Part shown: in pieces, positions 35,987 through 47,502 of the stretch
Layout of the letters: every line of letters begins with the position of its first letter
How positions within the stretch are numbered: the first letter of the stretch is position 1
DNA from: Podarcis tiliguerta
Lineage: Eukaryota
NCBI GenBank assembly: GCA_965153285.1
Contig: OZ229111.1
Direction: 5' to 3' (one strand)
DNA length: 64,000 nucleotides
The notes under the pieces: model-generated
What the model was told of the DNA's origin: nothing
The model's input: only the letters and a program-made list of their open reading frames with translations
Database searches by the model: none
Position numbers and translations under genes: made by a program

Positions 35987-38900
35987 ATGCAGACAGCAGC
36001 CATTACCGGCACGCTCAGCTCCAAGAAGAAGAAGTTCATCTGGACGGAGCAAGTGGAGCAGTCCTTTCAGAACCTTAAGCGTCTCTTCTCGTCCGAAGAG
36101 CAGCTACTGCATGTGAATCCCAGCAGACCGATGAGAGTTGAAACGGACGCCTCAGACAGAGCCGTGGGCGCAGTCCTGTTGCAGCAGAACCCGCATGGGG
36201 ACTGGAGACCGTGTGCCTTCTACTCTAGAAAGCTCAGCAAGTCAGAGCAGAACTACACCATCTGGGACAGGGAGTTGCTGGCCATTCATGCAGCATTCAA
36301 GGCGTGGCGGCACTTCCTCATCGGAGCCAAACACACAGTGCAGGTTCGCACGGACCATAAGAACCTGGAGTACTGGCGTACGGCACGGTTCCTGAACCAG
36401 CGGCACATCAGATGGGCGGAGTTCTTTGCGGATTTCGACTTCCGGATAGAGTACATCCCAGGCGACAACAACATCATGGCAGATGCACTGTCCAGAAAGC
36501 CGCAATACCTCGAAGAGGCGGCACGAGCAGCGGCCAAGCACATTTTCGCACCGAAAGCGTGGGCGTGCGCCTCAGCAACCGTGGACCTGGATGCTGTCCG
36601 TAGAGCGCTGCAGGAGGACCCCTTCACACAAGCCAAGATGGAGGAGGTGCACAAGGGCACGGTGAAGGACGACGAGTTCCAGATACGCGACGGATTGCTC
36701 ATCCGCAGAGGGGCCCTCTACGTACCGGGAGACGACCTCCGCGCGAAAGTACTGCAGCAGTTGCACGACGCACCCACCGCCGGGCACTTTGGCAAAGAGA
36801 AGACGGCAGAATTAGTAGCCAGAGAGTTTTGGTGGCCCAAGATGCGGGGGGAAGTCGCGGATTACGTCTCGAGGTGCGACACCTGCCAAAGGGCCAAGTC
36901 AGTGCACAAACCACCGGCGGGACTGCTCGAACCGCTGCAGACACCGAGCGAACCGTGGGAGAGGGTGGCCCTGGATTTTGTCACGGATTTACCCAGCTCG
37001 AGGGGCAAGACGGCAGTGCTAGTGGTGGTGGACATGTTCACCAAAATGGCCCACTTCATTCCGTGCGCGAAGGTGGCCACGGCGGAACAGACCGCCAAAC
37101 TGTTCATAGACCACGTGTTCAAGGTTCACGGTCTGCCACGGTCTATCCTGTCCGACCGGGGGCGGCAGTTCATCTCGAACTTCTGGCAGAAGCTGATGGG
37201 TTTCCTGAACGTCAAGATCAACCTAGCGTCCGCAAGACACCCGCAGACCAACGGACAAGCGGAGCGAGTCAACGCAGTCATGCAGCAGTACCTGAGATGC
37301 TATGCAAATCAGCAGCCGGCAACATGGGTGGACTACCTGCCGCTCGCTGAGTTCGCCTACAACAACACGAAGCACGTGTCCACGGGGGTGACACCGTTCT
37401 TCGCCAACAACGGGAGGCATCCCAGAACCTTCCCGGGATTAGAGAGACTGGGGGAGGGGGAGCCACAAGCAGCGGAAGCCTTAGCGTCCGAATTGCAGGA
37501 AGTTCACGAACAGCTTTGGAGGCAGTTAGAACTAGCTAAGCACGCATACAAACTGCAGGCTGACAAGCACAGAAGGGTTGGGGAAGACATACAGGTGGGA
37601 GACTGGGTTTGGTTAGCAGCCCAGGCAGTGCCGACCAGATCGTTAGCGAAGAAGAAGCTCGGACATAGGCAGCTAGGACCTTACCAAGTCGAGGCTCAGG
37701 TCAATCCAGTGGCCTTCCGGTTGACACTTCCGGAGGGATCCAGAATGCACCCAGTGTTCCATAGATCAGTACTCACGCCCTACAAAGCACCTCACAGATT
37801 TCAGGAGCCGGGCACGGCACCAGACCAGCTCAGGGAGAAGTCCACAAGGCGGGGGTCGCCAAGAGGGGAACCCATCAACGAGGTCACAGAGATTTTAGAC
37901 TCGAGATGGGGGGAAGAGGGAGTAGAATATTTTCTCGCCAGCGAAGGTACCCCGGCCAGCGCCAACCGTTGGGTGCCGGACTACGCGTTGGACGCGCCTC
38001 TTCTCAAGGAAGAGTTTCATGCCTTGTTCCCGCAAAGGCCCATGCCAGCCGAGTATTTCGACGACTGGCTTTTCACACCCACGCTTTCAGCCAGCACGTT
38101 CCAGGGGTTCACCTCGGACGAAGAACCGGCACCAGACACACGTTCCCCGGAGGGATCGCCCTCGGGGTTTGCCTCAGACCGCTCTTTTTGGTGGGACGAT
38201 CGACCAGAGGAGGGGTGGAGCAGGAAGTGGCTGGGGGGTCCTTGGCAGGCAACGGCCCCAGAGGTGAACGGGGGAGAGATGGACATGGACGTGCTGGGGG
38301 AGGACCTTGGGTTCGAGCACGGCGGCACAGAGATGGAAGCAGAGGAAATTGAGGTCGGCGAGAGCACGGAGGACGAGCCGGACTTATCCGACTGGATGCA
38401 CGCCACGGGGGACGAACTGTATCCGCCATTCACCCCAACGACGGAGCACCCAGCACCCACACCTGCAGGAGGGGAGGGTGGAAGGGGGGGCTTAGAGGGG
38501 GGGATGGATGTCAGGGGTTCAGGAGCAGAGGCACAGGAGAGGGAGGAAATAGAGAGCGAGGGGGAGGAGTCCGAAGGAAATGTCAGCGATGACAGCAATC
38601 CGAGGTCTCTGAGTCTTTCCAGTGAATCGGAAGATTCACAGAAAGAGGCCCCCATGGTCAGGGCAAGGGGGCTGCCGAGGGGGACACCCCAGGAAGAAGG
38701 GGCCAGGGGGGACTCAGAGAGCAGCAGTTGGAAATCTGGACCAGCGTCCACACCAGAGTGGAGTAGAGGGGAGGAGTCCCAGGCATCGGGATCAGGCAGC
38801 GCGCTGACAGCGGGAGGACATGAGGCAGGAGTGGCCACGCCTCCATCGGAGAGCGAGGAAACGGTCGAGAGGAAGGTGGAAGGCTGCGCGCGCGCGCCAA

Positions 38901-39145
38901 GTTCAAATGTACAGGAGGGGGCAGCAGTTGGCAGCCCGGATAGGGAGCCAGGTCCTAAAGCCCGCCGAAGAGAGAGGGAGGAGTCAGGGGGGTCCACGTC
39001 TGTGTCGGAGGAATCCAGGAAGGAAGGGACCACGGGGGGTAGCAGGACCCAGAGGAGAAAGGAGAGACGGAAGAGGTGGAGTAAGGCTAGAGTCTTAAAC
39101 TGGTGTACAGGGGGCGGGGATTCAGATGGAGCTTCGCCGGTCTAG
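35987..39145 (+). CDS. pol: Gypsy Pol remnant: RT thumb/connection, RNase H, integrase (HHCC, DDE, GPY/F), chromodomain, long acidic/basic tail
   Basis: RNase H: ETDASDRAVGAVLLQ, RELLAI, TDHKNL, ADALSR. Integrase: LHDAPTAGHFG...CDTCQ, ALDFVTDLP, SDRGRQF, QTNGQAERVN, LGPYQV...HPVFH. Chromodomain: EVTEILDSR...EYFL...NRWVP. 1052 aa with no stops; gag, protease and the RT core are missing. Confidence 0.95.
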   Translation: MQTAAITGTLSSKKKKFIWTEQVEQSFQNLKRLFSSEEQLLHVNPSRPMRVETDASDRAVGAVLLQQNPHGDWRPCAFYSRKLSKSEQNYTIWDRELLAIHAAFKAWRHFLIGAKHTVQVRTDHKNLEYWRTARFLNQRHIRWAEFFADFDFRIEYIPGDNNIMADALSRKPQYLEEAARAAAKHIFAPKAWACASATVDLDAVRRALQEDPFTQAKMEEVHKGTVKDDEFQIRDGLLIRRGALYVPGDDLRAKVLQQLHDAPTAGHFGKEKTAELVAREFWWPKMRGEVADYVSRCDTCQRAKSVHKPPAGLLEPLQTPSEPWERVALDFVTDLPSSRGKTAVLVVVDMFTKMAHFIPCAKVATAEQTAKLFIDHVFKVHGLPRSILSDRGRQFISNFWQKLMGFLNVKINLASARHPQTNGQAERVNAVMQQYLRCYANQQPATWVDYLPLAEFAYNNTKHVSTGVTPFFANNGRHPRTFPGLERLGEGEPQAAEALASELQEVHEQLWRQLELAKHAYKLQADKHRRVGEDIQVGDWVWLAAQAVPTRSLAKKKLGHRQLGPYQVEAQVNPVAFRLTLPEGSRMHPVFHRSVLTPYKAPHRFQEPGTAPDQLREKSTRRGSPRGEPINEVTEILDSRWGEEGVEYFLASEGTPASANRWVPDYALDAPLLKEEFHALFPQRPMPAEYFDDWLFTPTLSASTFQGFTSDEEPAPDTRSPEGSPSGFASDRSFWWDDRPEEGWSRKWLGGPWQATAPEVNGGEMDMDVLGEDLGFEHGGTEMEAEEIEVGESTEDEPDLSDWMHATGDELYPPFTPTTEHPAPTPAGGEGGRGGLEGGMDVRGSGAEAQEREEIESEGEESEGNVSDDSNPRSLSLSSESEDSQKEAPMVRARGLPRGTPQEEGARGDSESSSWKSGPASTPEWSRGEESQASGSGSALTAGGHEAGVATPPSESEETVERKVEGCARAPSSNVQEGAAVGSPDREPGPKARRREREESGGSTSVSEESRKEGTTGGSRTQRRKERRKRWSKARVLNWCTGGGDSDGASPV
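38494..38508 (+). other. polypurine tract
   Basis: agagggggggatgga immediately 5' of the 3' LTR TG. Confidence 0.85.
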
Positions 39146-39271
39146 ACCCTAGACGTAGAGCTGGGGCGCTGAGGCTTGGAAATGGAAACTATACTTCAAT
39201 AAAGACTTTGTTACATTACTACCGGCTAGCGTTGGTCCTCTGTGAGCTGGGACCAGGAGCCAGCTCTGACA
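38509..39271 (+). repeat. complete 3' LTR (763 bp)
   Basis: TG...CA, terminal IR tgtcag/ctgaca, AATAAA at 39198-39203. Confidence 0.95.
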
Positions 39272-40503
39272 CTAATGAATGAGCTTTAGTCATTGCAGGC
39301 CAAGAATTATCCACACTCCATACCTCTCATGCTGTCTTGTGGTGTTTAATATAACAGATCCAGTGACAGGCAGTTATGTTGATGTTTCTGGTTCCATGTA
39401 CAAAAACAAAAAATGGAAGTCCAGCTAAAAGAAGAAAAGAGCACTCACATATTTCCTTAAATGACCCATTTGGGAATCGTGTGCAGAGCCACTGTCCTAC
39501 TGTTTGGTCTAGGGCTGGCAGCTGGTGCCAGAAGATCAGCAGTGATATGGTACCAGGGCTCATGTTCTGAGAGGTGGAATGCTAGACAATTTGACAATTG
39601 CCAGACTTCCTCTCCCCATTCCTAGTGGGGTCCTTCCATACATGTAAAATGTTTTCAGTGAAGCTTTTTCACAGGGAGATAAGAGTGATAGGAAAAGCTG
39701 CAGCTGAAGACATTTCAATGAGCTGTTACAAAACACTGAAAAACAGCAAGAAAACACAAGAAAACAAAAGTTGTCACATTTAGATGCAAGGGTTAGGTTA
39801 CTCATTGCTCTTTAGTTGATGCAATAAACATATGTGCATTTCCTATCCAGTTCATGCAATTGATACTTGTTCTCTATTTCCCAACAAGGAAAACCAGAAA
39901 TGCTGCCTTGTCTTAAATGCAGCCAGTAGTCTTTTAGCAGGGACAAAGGGAAGAAGGCATTTAACATTTCTGAAAGCCCTTGTTTTATTAGACTATAACA
40001 CTCAGTTTTGCAGTATTGACTGTTGAGATTTTCTGTGTTTGGGGACCAGGCACTGCAGTGACTCCATGTCACAGCCAGACTACGATGATGAAGTTGCATT
40101 CTGGCATACCGCTGACATTAAAGATCAATGGAGCAACTTATTTCTGTGAAATGGAAAATCCATTAGAATAAAGTATATTGATGAATGATCTGTTGACAAA
40201 TAAGCACTTATTCAAGTTACTCCAAAGACTATAACTATCATGTGCTGCCAGGTCTAATAAATATATTTATTTGGATGAGTTCACTATTGACTGGCTCCTT
40301 ACGCATACTAGCAATATTAGTAGTATACCATGAATATAAAAACAACATCTCATAAGTACAGTTTATTCATTTAATACAGTACCACCAACAGAAGGGCCTC
40401 TCTATTAAGATTCCCTTCTATATAAGGGAACTGTGCTATTGGAGGACTTTGAAAGATAAAGCTACTGGTACAGACAACACAAGTATTACTCAGGTGTTAC
40501 TAT

Positions 40504-41295
40504 TGTGTTACCAGGCGCGACAGCCCCAGCCCCCAGGGATCACAAGAAAGAAATAAAGACAACGTGTTATGGAATTAAAATTAGGCTACAACTTTATTCA
40601 AATTTCCAACTGTAGGCAGACCTTGGCTTAGGCCTTGGGCATGTATCCCTCCCAACCCCCCAGCCAGGGGAACTGGGGCACATCAGGGCAAGTGGGGTAT
40701 GGGGGTACTCTATGAGACGTAAGTGTAGCAGGCAGCCAAGCTCATATCCCCACATGAAGGGTAGTTCACTGACAGCCTTTCGGTGTATGGCCAGTGACAC
40801 CCATATATATAACCCCATTAAGAGGGACCCTGGGATCGCCGCCACAGGGGGCTGAGTCCCCACTTCACACACACCCCTGCCCCATTATAGGGAAGAAAAA
40901 ACTAAAGGATTCCACCCAAGGCCATAACCACCAAAGTTGTGACGACCTGCTACGGGGAAGACAAAACCTGCCAATGCAGGAAAATTTCTTCCCAGACCTT
41001 CAACAGCATCCAGTCAAAGACCACATCAGCACCCGCTAAATAGTTAACCTGCAAACAAGAAAACATTAAACAAAGGGAGGGTAGGGAGAGTGAACCTCCA
41101 AAGCAGACTGCCTGGCTGTTGCCAGCTCCACCCCCTATTTAAACTGGGGCTGGCCCCACCTCCCAGCAAGAAGCTTGATTACTGAGGCTGGGCATGAACC
41201 TCTGAATAATAACCGAGAAACAAGCCAGCCCCCTGTTTCTAGTAAATTCCCTGGGAACTGTAGCCTTGTGCGCAATCCCGCAAAGGGCACCCACA
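40504..41295 (-). mobile_element. ~790-bp structured repeat, copy A (possibly DIRS/Ngaro-related terminal repeat or unclassified solo LTR)
   Basis: Homologous blocks shared with 52960-53743 (cgtagca..c.tcacaactt; cctaagccaa; aataaagttgt.gccta). TTTAAATA box near the 5' end and an internal inverted repeat. The superfamily assignment is tentative. Confidence 0.6.
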
Positions 41296-41568
41296 TATAA
41301 AGTGTGAATGCTCATTATTACTGTTCTGAAAACACACACACACACTTTTGCAAAAGTTTTTCACCCTCTGCAAAAGTGCTGGTCATTTTGCAGCTGTTGT
41401 TGTGGGGTTGAGTAATTTCACTGAATTTATTTTGGGTGGTATTCCATGAGAGCATCCAGTCAATGCAAAGATTTTCATTTGCACAATGATATTTTTCCCC
41501 TTCTCTTCCCCTTGCACCCTTCTCAAATTTCCTCCAGAGGGTTGGAGGCACCTCCAGAACATATGTAC

Positions 41569-41766
41569 CAGCTGTATGCACACTATACCTTTCAAGTACA
41601 TTCAAAGCACATTCCCCCCCCCCCTCAGAGAATTCTGGGCACTATCATTCACCCCTCACAGAGTTACAAACCACAACAACCCTTAATAAACAACAGTGTG
41701 CCCAGAATTATTTGAGAGGAAGAATGTTCATTGAATGTGCTTGAAAGGTATAGTGTGTACAGAGCC
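41569..41766. mobile_element. palindromic MITE
   Basis: cacactatacctttcaagtacattcaa / ttgaatgtgcttgaaaggtatagtgtg long inverted arms. A similar element lies at ~47090-47290. Confidence 0.7.
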
Positions 41767-43019
41767 AGTGAGAGAGGCTGATCAAAGGCCATTCAGTTCA
41801 TAGATGAGCTCAGACTAGGGACTTTATAGCTTCTAGCTGTTATGTCTAACTCCTCAGATTGCTTTGGCACAGCTGTGAAATGGGTATGCTTAGCCTCTGA
41901 CAACATCAGGAAAGGTATGTGCATCTTTAGTGGATGTTTAATGTAAGAAATTTGTCAGAGAAAGGGGGGATTTAGTTTGTTCCGCAGTTTGGCTAAAGAC
42001 TCCTCAAAACAGTCAGAAAACCCCCGAGAATACTTCCTAAAACTGAAGCTGATGCTTTGAGTGTAAGAGGGATGAAATTGAATTGGATGCCTCAGTATCA
42101 TTTAGTTTCTCAACCACAAGTATTATCTGATATAAGGTGCTCATTCTACAAAACTAAAACACTTAGTGATTGATGCCTGTGCATTTTCATATGAACTGTT
42201 GTCACACTGAAAGAAAGCAACAGCTACTGTCAAGATTTTTGTGCCTTTCAATGCCATTTTCTTGAAACTCAACCCTTATTAGTGAAAATTAGGTGTGTTG
42301 CAGTCTACTATCAAGGCTTTCAGTTTTTTCTTTTATGTTGTTCTTCGAAATACCAGGTTTGCCAAGATGTTGCACAAACTTTTAAGGGCAATGTACTGAG
42401 ACCGTCAACATATTTTCAGTGTTAAAGGAGCTAATATGAATTGTAATGAAATTTAACAGATGAAAGGCTCCACGAAATTTTGTTTAGAAAGTGTTGTCCT
42501 AGCTTCAGTAGAAAATTCCTCCAGAAATCATATTCAGGGAGGCAGAAATATGACAGGAAACAGCGCAATAGAGTGTACCTAATTCATTCCAATTCACAGC
42601 GTAATGCATTTCAATTCACACAGTGATGCATTCCAGTCACCAACATGAGAATCCAATCAAGTTGATGTTTAGTAGAGTTGAAACAAAAATCACAGAAGTA
42701 GAAAGCTGACATTGTCTATTCTGCTAAATGGAGAAATACCAAAAAGGTGGTTCTTTGTCTTTAAATATGCACCCAGATTTATTTATTAACTTATTATTAT
42801 TGGACTGAATCCAGACTTCTGTCAAGTGGAATTCAGGAGACAGGATTTGCTCACTGGAAAAATGGGAGAGGCAACATTTTCAAATTATTTCTTCCCTCTG
42901 CTGCCTCCCCCTGCCCCTGAATACCCACTCCAGGGTTGGGGACCCTTCCAGAGCAGCAAAGGAGGAGCCATGGAAGAGCAAGTCTCAGACAAACTCTGCT
43001 ACTCCTTCTAGTACCACTA

Positions 43020-43118
43020 GTTGTAGGTTTGATCCTCATATGGGACAGCTGCATACTCCTGCATTGCAGGGGGTTGGATTAGATGATCCTCGGGGTCCCT
43101 TTCAACTCTACAAATCTA
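43020..43118 (+). mobile_element. CR1 extreme 3' end
   Basis: gggttggattagatgatcctcggggtccctttcaactc followed by a degenerate (TTCTATGA)n octamer tail. Confidence 0.8.
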
Positions 43119-46100
43119 TGATACTATGGTTCCATGATACTACTACTACTACTAATATTCCCACCAAATCCAAAATATTCTTAGGAAATATCCAAAGTCA
43201 GCAGAATCTTTATCAAAGTAATTTCATTTGTTATGACACTGCAAGTTTGAAATGCAGCATACTTGTCACTGGTAATCGAGACCCTTAAAAACATTAGACT
43301 GACATTTACTGAGAATACATAGTGCAAATGAAGAAAATATATGGGGGGGGGAGAGCAAAATGCTATATTGAAGTGGGGCAGGTGCTCAGTTCACCATCCT
43401 TAGGACAGAGCTGTTCACAAACCCCCCATATTTTCCCTATGGCATATTGCAGCACATGAGATTAGTAAAGAAGTTTGAATGGGAATGTTTGACAAAACAA
43501 CCATGTCTATAATCCCTCTGTTTGAGAGCCGGAAGGGGCCTCAAGGGTCATCTAATCCAAATCCCTTCACTGAAGCAGGGTTCACTAAATGATCCCTGAC
43601 AAATGCTTATCCATCATGCCCTGGAAACCCCCTGCAACTGAGGAGGTGTCACTGTTTTCCAAGGCCACTTTTGGCCTGCCCAGCTATTTTCAGTTATCAT
43701 GTTTTCCACCCAGTGTATTAAAAAAATATATCTTTAAATTGAACTCTGTTATCTCTTTGCTTACTTTTTTTTATATGAGTTAGCTAGCCCCACAACATCT
43801 AAACATGGGCAATCTCTATTTAAAAGAGCATTAAAGAGCTCTAAAGATGAAAAATTTTAACCCCCATCTATTACAGCCACCATCTTTTGAACTGTGGGAG
43901 GAATATGATAGTTTTGCATTTATTTGAGAATTTTTGACAACAGACAGTTCAAGCAGCATTTGAAAAAGCAGAATGCCAGCCCCTTGTTACTACTGCCACT
44001 TGAAATTGTTACCTTTAAAAAAGGGCGGTGGTAGGTGGAAAATGCTGGGTGAAAGCTTCATTTGCTAGCGGTTATAAAAGCCAAAAGAAACAGCCAATAA
44101 AAATCTGGCAACCCTACTTCCAGCTTTATTAAAGAACAAAAGAAGGTAAGAGCCCTGAAGGATCAGACCGAACACTTATCTAGGCTAGCCACCTGATCTC
44201 AAGAGTTGCCAACCAAGCACCTTACGAAGCTGATGAGAAGGGGATGTGGGCAGCAGTTCAGTATGGTAAAAACAAAAAGGAGTGTCATACCTCATCTTTT
44301 AAAGCTGTGTGGGGTGAGTGGGACTGTTGCAAGTAAACACTTGTTCTGTCTCATGGATATGCCAATCACCCACATGAGACCACGAGTGAAAAAGTAGTCC
44401 AAAGTATTTATTTATTTTCTGTACAGAAAAGGACCAGCAGGGATGCTTTTCCCAAATCAGCTGGTCGTTGGACAAAGCGTTCCAAACAATTTTATACATT
44501 TGGCACAAATTCCACACATTCCATTAAGTTCTAATTTCCTATCCAATCAAAATACCGAGTTTCCCTCACCCCATTTCAAGGCACTTTAAACTTACACCAT
44601 GCTTTCCCCCTATGATTGGTCCAGATTACAAACAGTGTGAGCATGTGTACTATCACCTTAAACAAAGAGAGCATTGTGTGATTGGCCAATAGCTCAGGCA
44701 AAGGGAGAATTGTGCGACTGATCACCTTTACCAAATTCTTTGGGCATGCTCAGTACGCCAGGATCTTATTTCGTAATTCTACTTCAGGACAACTGTTGTG
44801 GCATCTTCATGGTTGGTTTTCTTTATCAGATAGAAACAAGCAAAGTGATGCATACATACATGGGCTAATTCAGGACGCTTCTTATGTTCACAAGACAAAG
44901 CTGTCATGATAAAGTAGTCTAACTTCAGGAAAGGAATATAGCACAATTCTAGCACCAACTTCGTTAGTAAATATGATGTTTGCCTCTTGTCTGACAGGAA
45001 GCCAAGAGGAGGATCCTTTTCAATTTACAACTTCCCTTCTCTGATCCTGGAACACCCACACCCTCTTCTGATGGATATGTCCCTCCGCCTCTTAACATTT
45101 TCCCAATAGGTTTAGAGAGCATCATTTTGTTTCATTTGCCCTAGGCAGACTCTGCCTCTTCCCTAACACAATGGAACTCATTATGTGCAAAGGAATGCTA
45201 AATGTTTACATGTAAGTTACTCAACCAATTTCAAATTCTATATGCAATGTAAGGACTAGTTGGGGGGGGAGTTTGTTTTATTTCAATACAATTACTAGTG
45301 TCACTTGCTTTGCTCTTGAATCTTTAGTAAATATATTAAATTGGAAATCTGGAATTGAGTAACAAGCTTTTACTTGGATGATCTCACACTCACCAAGTGT
45401 CCTGCTACTTAATTGTGTGGAGGCCTTAACATGGTTTCCTTTTCCTATTTAAGATGCCATAGGTTTGAATTTCTTTGCGTTCAAAGATATTAAAATGTGG
45501 AAGGTAGTGGTCTATTCAGATGTCAGTTATATTAGTGGCACTTTTCAATTATCCTATTTTGCAAGGGAGGCAGAGAAAAATGTATCTATTGGGGAAATTG
45601 TTTTCTTTTGAAAGGTATGCAGAAAACATAGAATTATTTTCTGATTCCTCATATTGCAAAGCAAGGTTAAGGTTCTTTGTTACAGGTTTTATGGTATTAG
45701 AAGAATAAATATTAAAACTAAAGGAGAGCAATTTTACAATAAGGATAAAAAATTAAATGATGGTTTAGTTACTTCAGCTTTTATTCTTCCACAACCTTGA
45801 AGTATGTTTCTATTATGTAATAATATTCTGAAGTATGTAGTTTTAGTAACATAATATTTACAGGCCAAAGCTGTTAGAGCGCCTGCTATAATCAGAACTC
45901 TGAACTCACTTGATCTTAAACTATTGTAGTGTGGGTCACAAGTGTGACAAAAAAAATGAGATTCACCTTGAATATTACCACATTGCCACCTCTTTTTTAT
46001 GACCTGACATTTTAGCAGCACAATCTAAATGCTATCAGTAAGTGTTAGTGGAAGTGTATCCTTGATCTGTGCTTATTTTAGTTCACTAGAGGTCCCATTT

Positions 46101-46736
46101 GTTTTTATTGAGGTTAATGGATCCATGAATACAAATCCATTAACCTCAGAATTTTTAAATGTTAAATCAGCAGCTTTAAATAAATGTTAACGTGAAGCGG
46201 CAATTACTGATACCGCAATACCAACTAGAGGGCAAGGTCTGGAGCATTGTCTACTAAGAATATGGTAAATTACAGGGGAAAGGAAGTAGAGAAGCAGACA
46301 CTAACAACTGGGAATAAACAGGCCATAACTTTAATAAAGGATTGTAGTATAACATGCGAGCTATCAAGACCAGTGTGGAGAAGGTAGTCATAATCTTCTC
46401 TGTTGGGCTACTAAGTGGGACTGCTCAAGAAGCCTCCCTGAACCTGCATTTGATAAACCAGTGGTGGGGAACCTGTGGTACTCCAATGATCACTGGTGAG
46501 GGATAATGGAACCTGAAGTATCTGGAAGTATCTGGACAATATCTGGAGGTTCACAGGTTTGCAACCACCACGATAAAGCATCCTTGCAAGGAGCAGTGCT
46601 TTTCTTCTAGGGGAAAAAAAGGTGCCAGTACTGCATAGCCCTGCATCCCCCCAGGGTGGGGAGGGAAACACTGGCTAGGAGCAAACATGAGAGTGATTTT
46701 TTTCATTAGAGCCACTGTATTTACATTTCTATACTA

Positions 46737-46944
46737 CAGGGATGTCCAACCAGGGTGTTCCTGATTGATCACAGGGTGTTCCTGATTGATCCCGGTCAAT
46801 CACGTGATCCTGATGGATCCCTCCAAAAAACAACTTTGCTGAAGCCTCTCCCATATAAGCAAACAACTTTGGTCAATCCAATGGGACTGCCACTGTTTTT
46901 ATAGTGGGAGTAGATCACAGTCTCTTGGAAGTTGGACATCCCTG
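46737..46944. mobile_element. hAT MITE
   Basis: Perfect 14-bp TIR cagggatgtccaac / gttggacatccctg, 8-bp TSD ctatacta / ctatactt, and an internal ~21-bp tandem duplication. Confidence 0.9.
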
Positions 46945-47502
46945 CTATACTTTAACTAGCAGAGTCAGCATTTCCACTATTGAGCCTTGTGGGTGTTCAG
47001 CTATGCTCAGCTGGAAGAGCCCTTCTAGGAACCATCCATACTTTTCCCGTTGCTAACTTTGTGATGAAAACAAAACAAGCATTTAGCTAAACCATCAAGT
47101 CCACATCAACACCATACATTTAAAGTACTCGTATAATAGTTTAATCGTCGTGGCTTCTCCCAAAGAATCCTGGGAACTATTGTTTGTTGTGTGTTAGTGT
47201 AATTGTACCTTGGTGACAAATAAACTACAGTTTCCATAATTCTTTGGGAGAATCCATAACGTAAAGCCCTTTAACAATACATGGTGAGGTTATAGCCGGG
47301 TTTAGGGAACTTCTGGCTTTCCAACTGTTGCTAAACTACAACTTTGAATAGCCCCAGAAAGCATGGCCAATACCAGGGACAGTGGGAGTTGAAATGCAGC
47401 AAAAACTGGAGGACCCAAAGTTCCCCACACCAATCTAGCTGTTGTTTGTTATATCAATTTCCCTCCTTACCCCATAGTGTTCATTTACAATTAAACATAT
47501 TC

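Larger units (their letters stand above)
35705..39271 (+). mobile_element. Ty3/Gypsy chromovirus LTR retrotransposon, internally deleted, recent insertion
   Basis: TGTCAG...CTGACA termini, perfect TSD CTAAT (35700-35704 / 39272-39276), RH-IN-chromodomain order, PPT, and LTR copies 279/280 identical over the shared part. Confidence 0.97.

Noticed and set aside
38017-39033. 338-aa antisense ORF in the Gypsy tail/LTR
   Set aside because: It is the antisense mirror of a GC/purine-rich sense ORF, low-complexity Ser/Pro, with no recognisable domain.
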